The position numbers and the translations under genes are program-made. From Diadema antillarum (taxonomy: Eukaryota), in NCBI RefSeq assembly GCF_040938485.1, contig NW_027271004.1, forward strand, positions 868,001 to 932,000: 64,000 nucleotides of DNA, read 5' to 3'. Positions 27,387 to 38,666 of the stretch are shown piece after piece. Under the pieces are notes generated by a model. It was not told the origin of the DNA and did not search any database. It saw only the letters and a list, made by a program, of their open reading frames with translations. How positions within the stretch are numbered: the stretch's first letter is position 1; each line of letters begins with the position of its first letter.

Positions 27387-30048
27387 TCAATAATTGTAGC
27401 CTTTCCATGCGAAGGAGTTCAGAATGCCAATATCTTTCAGTTTCCCTTCTGCAACTCGTTTAGCATCTGGCGCTTTCTCACCCGAGTTCCTTGTCAACCT
27501 GTCCAGCATGTCATCTACTGCCTCTGGAGTCATTTTGGGATTTTGCCGATTCGATGTGAGTGGAATTTCCTTCCGTATCTTGGGTTGTAGAAATAAAAGT
27601 TTAACATTTTAATCAGTTTTCAGTATTCTGATATTCTGAGAGCAACAGATAAATGAAATGCAATGTAATACCAGCTTAAAGGGAACGCAAACCCAAAGAG
27701 CAATGTGGATTGAGTGAAAGCGGCAACATTAGCAAAGCACATCAGTGAAAGTTTGAAGAAAATCGGACAATCGATGCAAAAGTTATGAATTTTTAAAGTT
27801 TTTGTATTGGAACCGCTGGATGAGGAGACTACTAGCGGTTATGACGTATGAGTGGAGAACAATATAAAGAAAATATAAAGAAAATTCTACAAAAACTCAG
27901 TTTTCATGAAAATTACAAATTTCATCAACTTGATACTGACATAATGTTAAGGGTAGCAATTATTCCCGCTGCTTTCTGAAAGCGGTTAGTCAAGTGCCCT
28001 TTCATAATGCTAGAGAATTGAATTTTTGTTGAATTTCCTTTATATTTTCTTTGTATTGTTGTCCACTCATACGTCATAACCTCTAGTAGTCTCCTCATCC
28101 AGCGGTTCCAACACCAAAACTTTAAAAATTCATAACTTGTGCATCGATTGTCCGATTTTCTTCAAACTTTAACTGATGTGTTCTACCAATGTTGCTGCTT
28201 TCACTCAATCCACATTGCTCTTTGGGTTTATGTTCCCTTTAAGAAGTAGACAGGCACTAAATATGCACTCTAAAAAATTCCGAGTCAGAACTGACCCGGA
28301 ACTGGGTCCATTGGGGTCACACACCATTCCGGGTCAAAAATGACTTGGAATTTGGTCATGAAGACCCCGAATGGGGTCACCCTGACCCAATTCATGACTC
28401 TGAATGGGTCATATCTGACCCCATTCCTTGTCATATCTGACCCAGAACGGTGTGTGACCCCAACGGACCCAGTTCCAGGTCAGTTCTGACTCGGATGTAT
28501 TAAGAGTGTGGAATTCATGTAATGTTGCTGTCACAAAATCTCCCATTCACTGCATGTCAGCAAAGTGCATTTGAGAAGATACAGTACACCTTGATCAGTT
28601 GCAGTATTAACCACCAAGCTCTAAGGGCCGCTGTTTGTGTGTTTGCATCCATGCGCATGTTTATGTGTGTATGGAAAATACACACTTCAGGAAATACACA
28701 TTTACATACATTTACACACATACACATCAGGAAGTACACATAGGCACTGTGCCAACACCGGGCAGAGTCTTACTTTTGCTCAGGTAGTGGTGTATGTGCA
28801 TCTTCCTTAGGCCCTAACTCCAGGGACTTTAAGAATGTGCACTATGTATATTTAGCAATGATGACCATTACAAGCCTGTAGTAACACACTGAAGCAAAAT
28901 AACCTTCATATCAACGCATGAGAATGTATGTGAAGGCATGTGAAATAATGAATGCCTGGATATTTCGCTTCCTCACCCAACCTTAAATATACAGTGTAAC
29001 TCCTCAAGAAAGTACCTATATTCCTTGCTCAACTAAAGAGAAACAAGAATTCTTCTGATCTGAAAATTATTTTGTTTTTCAAAAAGATATAAAATGACCT
29101 GCAGAAGATGACTATGGTGCTAAACATTAAGACAACTGAGACTGTTTTCTCTTTCAAATTTTGTCTCCAGCACATTTCATACAAACGATAATAATGCATG
29201 TTTGAAGTGGAGGGAGTGGGTATATAGAAGCTGTTGATATACGTAGAGTAGATAATGGATTCACTCTCCTTGTCAGGCATCTACTAGTATTTCATTTCAT
29301 GGTGGAAATGAGGTGTGTTCATGATATTCCCATTTCATCAAAATAATACGTCCACCTCCTTCACTCTTCTCATTATAGTTTATGTAGGTTTTGCATGGCA
29401 TATTACAACTTTGCATGATATGATTGAACACTACCATAAATCATTTAGATGAATGACTATCAAACATTAAAGATAATATAAAGTTTTGGTACCTTAAAAG
29501 TTTCCCTGAGTTTCCTTGTCTTAGTTTGTGTTTCAGGTTAAAGTACCTTTCATATAACTAACACTGTGAGACTTACTCGCCCCAAAGTACTCTCATGTCT
29601 TAGTAATCATGCAATAATGATTTCGTACCAGAGCAGAGCGGGCTCTGAAAAATTCGAACGAGCCGTTAGTTTGACTCGACGCGGTACCGCGACAATCAAT
29701 ATACACGTATTGTACGAAACCATTATTGCATGATTACTATTAAGACATGAGAGCACTTTGGGGCGAATAAGTCTCACAGTGTTAGTTATATGAAAGGTAC
29801 TTTAACCTGAAACACAAACTAAGACAAGGAAACTCAGGGAAACTTTTGAGGTACCAAAACTTTATATTATCTTAAAAGGAGACAGATCAATGTTAGCACA
29901 GTAGAATAAAGACAAGTTTTACCTCATAGAGTCTTTCTACCAGCTGGTCGACCTCATACATGCTGACTTTCTGGTGGCCGAGGTGCATATCATCAGGCTT
30001 GGTGATGGTGCCCCAGGGGCGCTTGGATGTGCGATGGGGAACAGCCAT
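27387..30048 (-). CDS. Small uncharacterised protein (105 aa in a two-coding-exon model)
   Basis: Exon 30048-29923 (MAVPHRTSKRPWGTITKPDDMHLGHQKVSMYEVDQLVERLYE, GT donor, phase 0) plus exon 27578-27387 (AAG acceptor; IRKEIPLTSNRQNPKMTPEAVDDMLDRLTRNSGEKAPDAKRVAEGKLKDIGILNSFAWKGYNY*). Internal repeat EVDQLVERL/AVDDMLDRL. A TAG acceptor at 30094-30096 implies an upstream UTR exon. An extra in-frame middle exon cannot be excluded. Confidence 0.8.
27680..28238. mobile_element. Kolobok-type foldback MITE with TTAA TSD, family B
   Basis: TTAA|AGGGAAC...GTTCCCT|TTAA; almost the whole element is an inverted repeat. Truncated copy at about 59790-60185. Confidence 0.9.
28266..28508. mobile_element. CACT-ended MITE (EnSpm/CMC-like) with 2-bp TG TSD
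   Basis: TG|CACTCT...AGAGTG|TG; inverted CCGAGTCAGAACTGACC..GGAACTGGGTCC arms; internal TGACCC repeats. Confidence 0.8.
29471..29872. mobile_element. MITE with ~150-bp TIRs and TAA TSD (PIF/Harbinger-like)
   Basis: TAA|AGATAATATAAAGTTTTGGTACC...GGTACCAAAACTTTATATTATCT|TAA. Confidence 0.85.
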
Positions 30049-31765
30049 GATGCTTATACTGATAAGCTTCTGTGCACAGAGAGTAGGGATCACCTATTGT
30101 GGTAATATGGAGGCAAAAATACATATTGTTGAATATGTGTAGGATTTATATGTTTCTTGTATTTTTTCTTCCAGTCGGAAAATTTCTCCTTTTTTTCTCT
30201 ATAATGGTGGATGTGAAATAAGATTATGTTGGGTGAAGTTAATGAAATTTATTGATAGTGTATTTTGGTAGTTTTTATAATTGAATTAGGGCATAAAAGT
30301 TATTCTTTTTCTCTCTTTGGTGTTAAGTTAAATGTATGTTGTTTTTTTTGTCCTGAAAAAGCTGATCAAATGTATCATGTTTGTTTGTAAATATGTATGT
30401 ATATTTGTGTCCTTCCCAACTGTGTTGTAATGGACCAGGTCCATTGTATTTCTTTCCTTGTACTTACCTGCCTGTGGGCAGGTATAGTAACCCAGGATTG
30501 TTTCTTACATGCTTTGATTTGTGAAGATATAAAGTAATATGTTTTATATATATATAGTTACACTAACTCATGGAAGGAGGCCAGTTGTTTGAGCATCATT
30601 CCTTTCCTCACAAGACCACAAAAATAAACTGAATTGCATTGATTCAGCTTTGTAAACAGCAACATATGCACACCAAGTAAAAACATCAGATGATAAATCA
30701 GATGAGAAAGATATGTACATAGGTAAGCAAATAGGTAAAATTGGTGTGATATATAGGTACATATCAAATCCTAAAGTAAAAAAAGGCATGTTGCTGAAAG
30801 CCATTTGAGCTTGACACATTAAAGTGCAACCTGCTCAAAATTCACTTGCTCTAATTGTATGATTCTCTTTGCATGAATGTATAGAAATTGTGGGGGTTTT
30901 TTTTCTATGACCAGGTGAAACATGAAATAAACATGATTCTGCGCTTGGCACAAATCAAGGAAAACATATACAATAGGGTGAGGCTGTTTAATAGTAGATT
31001 CAATGTATCACAATGGTAGAGTCAGCAAGAAGCAGCATTACATAAAAGATGAAGACTAAATCAATATATTAGCAGGAACTAATGAATAAAATGTAATAAA
31101 GATTATGTATTCAATTCAAGTCATTCACCACATCTGAAAATAATGGGGAAAAAAAACACAGCACAGCTCCACTATAAATCTAACATTTAGCGTTACAATG
31201 TCATTCAGATTGAATAAACCTGTAACTACCACATAACATCAAAATCATCAGTGCAAGTAAATTAATGGCAATAATAAGAAAAATAATAGAATGAATAAAA
31301 TCCTCCATACGACAATGTCTTGGGAATGTTAGACACGTTTGGACCACTACAATTAATGCTGGAACATAATTTTACTCGGGCTATATATGTAACGTTAGAA
31401 ATACGTAAACACATCTTCCCGACTTTGGTTGCACGATCCGAATCACGTCTGCGAGCAGGCATTTTTGTGGTTTCCTTCGCAAGACATTGTAGCAGATATT
31501 TTCAGCGCCAGTGTTTATCACAAGCATATCATCACAATATTATGTGGAATTAAAAAATAATTTAGCTCGCTATACATTACCTGAAACACTTGTGATCAAC
31601 TCGGCAGTGATTAATACCCTGCTGGCTGATGATACCCTGTTGGCGACGTATACAGTAAGGAACGATCGTGTCAACTACATGCAAATGTGTTGACATGGTA
31701 CAAATTTCCAAACGCGCACTTGTCTTCGGTCGACTGAGTCCGGTTGTCAAGCACGGCAGGTGTAC

Positions 31766-31778
31766 GTTGCTAGGCAAG
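31766..31778. promoter_or_regulatory. Near-consensus RFX X-box in the CpG-richer region between two divergent genes
   Basis: GTTGCTAGGCAAG versus consensus GTTRCY-N(0-3)-RGYAAC; candidate minus-strand donor CAG|GTAATG at about 31600. Confidence 0.45.
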
Positions 31779-32145
31779 GGTCTCAGCTATCCGGGGATGC
31801 ACCACCAAGTGAGGGCGCTTGCTCAAGAGTTTCTCACAAAAATTTTTATCTTTCTTCTGTCTCGTTCTCCGCTGCTAGCTGCTGGTCCCCAAATTTGAGG
31901 ACAACATCTCACGCAAAAGCATCACCCGGCAGGATAGGATCTTTGATTGCACGATCACACACGGAGGACAACATCCCGAAAGACAACAACAACACCCATA
32001 TCTAGACGCAGTAGAGTAGTCTGTCGTGGGGTGTGATCGGAATCAAGAATCGTGTTCTATTCTGTAGACAAGATACAGTCCCATGCATTTAAATTTGTGC
32101 TGTGAGTTTCAAGTTGCTTTTACTTGGTTGGAGAATACCAGGTCC

Positions 32146-32361
32146 AGGGGTCTGTTTCATTAAAGCGATACGATTGATCTTACGCTTGATTTTATTGAAC
32201 ATAACTCAGCGAATCGAGCATAAGATCAATCCTGATCACAGATAAGTCTATTTGAATTTCATTAAAACGCTTACGCTTGATTAAAACAGATTTAATGCAT
32301 AACATCAATTGCATCTCATGTTCGTAAAGGTCTTTTTTGACTTTGTGAAGAAACGGGCCTC
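32146..32361. mobile_element. MITE (GGGGTCTGTTTCA...GAAGAAACGGGCC ends)
   Basis: Imperfect inverted ends of the same type as 4915-5087. Confidence 0.55.
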
Positions 32362-32657
32362 AGCACACAGCAGGTATCGTACTGTCTAACACTTGTGTTG
32401 ATTGCATGTTATAGTCTTATACCTTATACCTTACTCCTTACTATAGGGTTCCTTATGAGAAGTCGACCAGCAACATACTAGACCCTAGCTAGGTTGGATA
32501 TGGATTGGAGTCACATTCATAATATCAAGTTTCGACATGATTAATGGGACTTGGTCTGAGAGTCTGATTCTATAACAACTCACGGGGCATTCCACTATCT
32601 CCACTGTCTTCACATTCGGGCTGGTTGCAGTTACTACCTGATTAACTAGACCCCTGA

Positions 32658-32806
32658 GGGGCATTTCATGAAGCACTTTGTGTTGATATTCACCAAGATA
32701 TTTTTCTGTCAGACTGTTACAAGCTACTGAAATCCTTTCATCTTTATTGGCTGAGAGCGAATTTGTCCGACAACTTTGTCAGACAAAATGCTTCATGAAA
32801 TGCCCC
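32658..32806. mobile_element. MITE with GGGGCATTTCATGAAGCA TIRs
   Basis: Perfect 18-bp TIRs; inverted sister copy at about 48131-48268 and a fragment at about 7200-7300. Confidence 0.85.
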
Positions 32807-33245
32807 CTCCCCCAGATCTTGGTAGCCTGTATTCCTGTCTGTCATCCTTCAAACCCATGCAAGTGAGGAAAGACTTCCTTAAAATGCCCCCACTAATTTT
32901 TCCATACCACGCCACACTACCCAACCCATGCTAGCTTATGCACTGATGCACACACATTTGCATTTGACAAGTGGTAGGGTATGGGGGGAGGAGGGAGGAG
33001 TATATGGAAGTCTCCCTGCAAGTTAAATCCAGATATTGCTGAGATAACAATATTGCTGAGATAATATTGCATTGATAACTCCCCTACTGGGTACCATACT
33101 GTGTACTGTTTTCGGGTGAGGATTAGGTAATTATAACAAGGATCAGTATAGAGACTCATTTATGCCATAAGATTAGGCACATGTCATAGTCTTTGTATTT
33201 ATTTATCTTCCCTGAAACTTGCAGGAGTGATTGAAAAAAAAAATC

Positions 33246-36200
33246 ATGGCAGCCCTTCCTGATGATAATCCTGGTGGAGTCCTTGCCGAAGAAGGAAATG
33301 CTCCATGTGAGGCATTTGTGGAAATGCTCATGATGATGGGTATAGACAGAAATCTTGCAGAAAAGGTAATTGTTGTAATACCTGCAGCTGGTCTTTGTTT
33401 TATGTTGTTATTTTCACCATGAATTTTACTCAAAGAAAGAATAGGTTTTATGCTCACTGATAATTCAAATGTTCTTGTAAAGTGAGACATGTTGAAGGTA
33501 CCCAGTACTCTAAAAACATACCGGGTACATTTGATTTACCATAGTAGTGCACCAATTGTGCCAATATAACTGATACTTCTTGACCGTTTTCCAGAACATT
33601 AGAAGGCTTCTTCAAAAGTTTGTTGTGTGCCTTTAAGTCATAAAAGTGGATTTTGATATATATATTGATATAAAATGAGAAAACAAAAATAAGCCCATTA
33701 TATATTAACAGAAATAAATGAATAACTAACTACTTTTTTCAATTTCTGAAGCTTGCTTAGTTTGTAACTAGAAAAAAGCATTAGTCTTTTCTCTGTTTGT
33801 TTTCAGGCAGTTCAAACAACAGGGAATATCTCAGCAGAAGCAGCTGTTTCTTGGGTATTTGAAAATGCTGATATGTCGAAAGGAAGCATTTTAACAGAAA
33901 ATGCACAGGTGAGATATTTACATCTATAGTGATATCATCTCCAGTGGTGCCATCATTTTTTTTTCTCTTTTTTTTTTTTCCATTGTATGGAGTTCCGAAA
34001 GTCATTTCATGGTTACAACAATGAGTAAGTCAGCAGTCTGGCAGACTAAGATTGTACATTGTAAGCTTCACTATCACTATTACATTGTAAGTTGATAAAA
34101 CATTCAATGTGATGATTACCATTATGCTAGATGTTATGTTATCAAACATTTCAGAGCAATTAAAGAATGTTATCTTATACATACCGTTAATATAAAAGTA
34201 TGAATTTACAAAAGTATTCTTCTATTCATAATAGAATATATGCCTTCATTTATCTTCCCCCCCCCCCCCCAACAAAAAAAAGAAAAAAGAATGCACTATT
34301 TTGAGCATATTTTTAAATCTAGAATGCCATTTTAAACTATATTCGACATCCTAGGTGTAGTCAACAACTAATCTCAGCCCGCCATGACATCAAATGTCTG
34401 GTAGTGGCAAGGATCTCATTTAACTCTTACAGTCTTCAAATCACTGTCCAGTTAGTCAAACCATAAATCCCAGCCCTGTGATTAAATCAGCACCACAATC
34501 TTAAAATGCTTCTGACAATGCATTAAACCTGTTGTTGACAGGACTAAAGGAGTCCAAGATCAAATCACCATGCTACTTTTTCACCCTCTGTTTTGTCGAA
34601 GGAATTTGATAATGTCAAGATGGTCTTCGCCGTCAATACTGCACTAAAGATGGGAGTCGGCAAAGTGGCGGCACAGGTAGGCCATGCCTGTCTTGGCCTC
34701 CACCGCATCCTGGTGCGGGAGCAAGAACAGTACGGGGATCTCCTCGTGCAATGGGAAGCATTCGGGTGAGATTGTATGACAGACTCCCTTTTCTTACAAA
34801 TTGTCTTCAATTTGATTTGATTGACATTGAAATCAATCCCTTCATCGATTCCGTATTTGTATTGTTTGATATTGTTACTGTTACTGTTTTTATGATGTTC
34901 TGTGATTACTGTGTAGAGAAGGAAAGATTGTGCTGAATGGTGGATCAAAAGAGAGACTGGAAGAGCTTCAGGCACAAGCAGTTTCCCTGGGTCTTCCAAG
35001 CTACCTCGTTCAAGATGCTGGTCACACTCAAGTAAGTTTGGACAAAATCTGATTTCTCACTTTGTAGTTTGTTGCTACTGTTGTTGTTTCATGTAATCTT
35101 GGAAATACCGTATTGTCACTCTGTTGCAAACGTCTGAGTGGTGTAAAGCATATTTTACAGGACAAGGGGCTACATAACTTTTTTTAACCACTTGCGCGGT
35201 TGGGCAAGCGGATTGTCAAATTTGCTGCAAAACACTTGCCCAAACATTAATTTAGCTTGCCTGAAAAAAGTCCAAAACATAAGGAAATAATATAGAAAAT
35301 CATCTGTAAGTCAAGGGCTTAATGAAACACAATTATTTGAATAAACAGCACACATCGATTTGCATGTTTAATCACAGTGGAGTAGCAAACTTGGTGTTTG
35401 TTACTCCATTGTGATTAAACACTCCAATCAAGTGTTGCTGTTACATTGCACTGGGTCTTCTTCACATACCAGTAAGTGTTGGAAAGTTGCTGAAATGACA
35501 TATAAAGTGTCTTGCATCACTAAAGAGCCATTATCTTGGGCTTCTGTATGGTTGACTTTGTGGGTTTTTTTTTTTTTTGGGGGGGGGGGGGGTGGGGAAT
35601 AAGTGAAACAATGGTGGCTACAATACTTTGCTTGCCCAATTCAGGCAAGCATTAGTTCTCATTGTTCAAAAACAATTGCCCAAATTTGATTTTCACTTGC
35701 CCCAGGCAATCGGGCAAGTGCTTATGTAGCACCCTGCAGGATAATCTTTTTTCAAAGTTTAAGTTCCATTTCCTGCACATTTCAGGTGTGAGATAGGAAG
35801 CTTGCTTAATTTGTCCATTGAAGAAATTTTTTGCAAGTGCTTGAATATATTCAAAGGAGTGGGGGAGGGTGGCCACAAATAAGAATAGGTGCCTTTAACA
35901 TGATCACAATCCAACCATCCATCTGGTAGACACTTGTCCCCAATATTCAAGTAATGGTAGAATGTAGAGACTGATGGAGGCCCATCTAGGACACTTTGTT
36001 ATTTATAGGCATTTTTTAATGAAAAATTTTCAAGTTTTTCAAGTAGCCACTCAAGATTTCAGCTGAGAATCCACATCTGTTCTATCTCCAAGTTCTATTT
36101 TCAGTCAAGCTTTTGCAGAAATGAGAGAGTCTCTAAAGAGGAGGTTGCCTCAATTTGTGTGTCAAAAGAGTGGTTGCTGTACTTAGGATGGTTTGATTTT

Positions 36201-36952
36201 GCTACAACACGCATTTCCCATAGACGCTTGCCTGAGTATACTCAGGACTCGTCCTCAACGGGTTAATGTACCTTCTCTCTTACACCCAAAGAGAGCCATT
36301 AATTATGTTCTCTTCTAAACCTGTCCAAGGCATCAAGTTATACATTTAAAGATATATTTCAGATTTGATTGAGATAGTGTGTTTGTGTACTTGAGGATTT
36401 TGAATGACTTTGATCACTTAGAAACATAGGGCAAAAAAAAGAGGAAAATCTTAGTATAATGCAGAGTAGCAGATTTTCGTTAAATTTGTGAGAAGGATGT
36501 GATGGTACCAATCTCTTTTGGGGGAATACGAAGGAAGCAATTCTATGTTAATGGGACTTGGGAAAACACATCAAATTAGGCAACATTTGACTTTTGCATT
36601 TACAGAAGAATAACACATGTAAGGCTATGAATGCACTTTAGGACTTTCATTTTCATCCATTTATCGAATTATCAGACACATGCGCCATCAACATACATGG
36701 AGGTGACTGTATATCATTCATCACAAGATTCTTTAATGGTTATGTTCCTGTTATTGAATTTTAAGAGTGACGAATGTTTTCATATGTCATGCTTCATTAT
36801 TAATCCATGCATCTATAATACATTTCATTATAACAGAACACTATCGCTTGCTTCTATCTTTGTAGATTCCAGCCGGTTCATGTACAGTCTTGGCCATATT
36901 CGGACTTGCCAGTAAAGTTGATCAGGTGACAGGACAGTTAAAGCTTCTTTGA
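33246..36952 (+). CDS. PTRH2-like: UBA-domain-containing peptidyl-tRNA hydrolase 2 (PTH2 family), 195 aa
   Basis: Exons 33246-33365, 33807-33908, 34602-34765, 34917-35031, 36866-36952, all phase-compatible. N-terminal UBA-like LMMMGIDRNLAEKAVQTTGNISAEAAVSWVFEN; PTH2 motifs KMVFAVNTALKMGVGKVAAQVGHA, W...GEGKIVL, LVQDAGHTQIPAGSCTVLAIFG, VDQVTGQLKLL*. Confidence 0.95.
35163..35736. mobile_element. hAT-like non-autonomous element in a PTH2-like intron
   Basis: GGGGCTACATAA...TTATGTAGCACCCTG inverted ends with repeated CTTGCCC/GGGCAAG subterminal motifs; TSD imperfect. Confidence 0.55.
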
Positions 36953-38666
36953 CGAAGAGAGAAGCAAGAATTTGTTGACCAGCAGACATTCTGCCCCCCC
37001 AATGGAAGAGCCACTGTTCCATGTGCAACAATAACCGCCTGACGACAATAGTGCAGTGTTTGTAGCACACTATGCTCTCAGTGTTTGTGACATTGTTGCA
37101 GAGTGTCATTTGCAAGCGTAAGATTGGAGCTGTCCGTGTTTGCGATCGAAAGCAGTGTATATCTATGTGTGTCATTCGTGTGACTTTCACTGCTTGGATG
37201 TTTTCTGTGGTCTTTCACGATGGAGCTAAGTGCAGTGTAGTAATCAAATGACAGTTTAGTGCTTTTCTGCCAGTCAAGTTCTTATGTCTATCTCTGTGAA
37301 AAAGATGCTGGAATCACTAAGTATCATCATTGCACCTTGGTAGTCTCTTTCAAGGAAAGCTTGATTTTTTTTTTTCAAAGTTGTTGCAGATTTCATAACG
37401 GCACAAGTAAAGAATCACTGTGAACTGCCCATTGTTGTTGTTTTTTATGTTTAGGAAAAAAAAATGAGCAAGGATTACAAAACAGAAAATTCAATTAAAT
37501 GCTGTGAGTTTTAAGAGGAAAATTTGAACAGATTTGAATTCTGGATCTTTATGTTTAATACAAAAGTTATCCTTTTTTGGACAGTCTGCCATGAAATGCC
37601 AGAATCATTTAGAGCTACTTGACTTTAAGTAGTGTTTGTCCTGTTTAAAGGACAAATTATCTGACAGGTTCTTAGGCTACATGATTTCAGGTATTAGGAG
37701 TAAAGATTTTTTTTTTCAGTGTTATGGATTTTGGAGATATCTCCCATGTGGTACATTATAGTGCAATAACTATGTTATGTTTCCCTGTCTAAGCAATTAA
37801 TGGTGTTGGAATTGCGCTTTTATGTTAATAGTTGCATAGTGTTTTGAAGTGTCTATTCGACGAATAACTCACAATATTTTAGCTCCTTTACAGGTGTTTT
37901 GGACAACAGATGACTGCACCAATTTCATCTTGAAATGCCAGTGATATGCTGAAGTAGAAGTTAGTAGCCCTTCATCATATTAAAATGAGAAAATCATCCT
38001 TTGGGTTTTCATTAGTCATTCTTAATCATTTGTGCCACCATGAGCAAATGAAGAGAACTGCTCATGAGATATTGAAACAACTATGTTGAATGGCCCATGG
38101 AATGTGAAATGGGAGGATATAGTGACGTTGACAAACACACAACCTGTTATTTGTCCACTTTGTTCACATCAACACTGATTGAATGTACAAATGTACTATT
38201 ACTCTCTCTTATGAGTCAAAATTTTCTTTTTACAAATGGTGGTTCTCCTTCATTTCGTAATGTTTCATCTGGAGGTTAAGGGCATATCCATTCTAATGTC
38301 TCGGGTTAATGATGAGAAATGACAGTGTGCATTGAAGTGTTCTACATTTCTCTGACTGTGTCATCTTCCTGTGGTCAGTGAATTTTTACATCATGATCAC
38401 GAATCGGGAGGTAATGAAGTACTTGCCACAAGATTTGTTGTTCTAAGGCAGTAGGAGTACACGCTCCTCCCCCCCCCCTTTTTTTTTTAATGCAAAAATA
38501 ACAGTTTCTAGCTTTAAAGATACTGGAAGACACATTGACAAACTGTTTCATCCCAGTCATTCAAAGTTTTGTTTGTTTTGGATTTTTTGTTCAACCTGAA
38601 GTCACCAGACTCAAGAGTAGTATGACCAACAATCTTGCACATTTGGTTTGGAACATCACATTATTA

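Noticed and set aside
29016-29032. 17-nt micro-exon candidate in the small gene
   Set aside because: Good acceptor, but it shifts the frame, and pairing it with the candidate near 28775-28815 introduces a stop.
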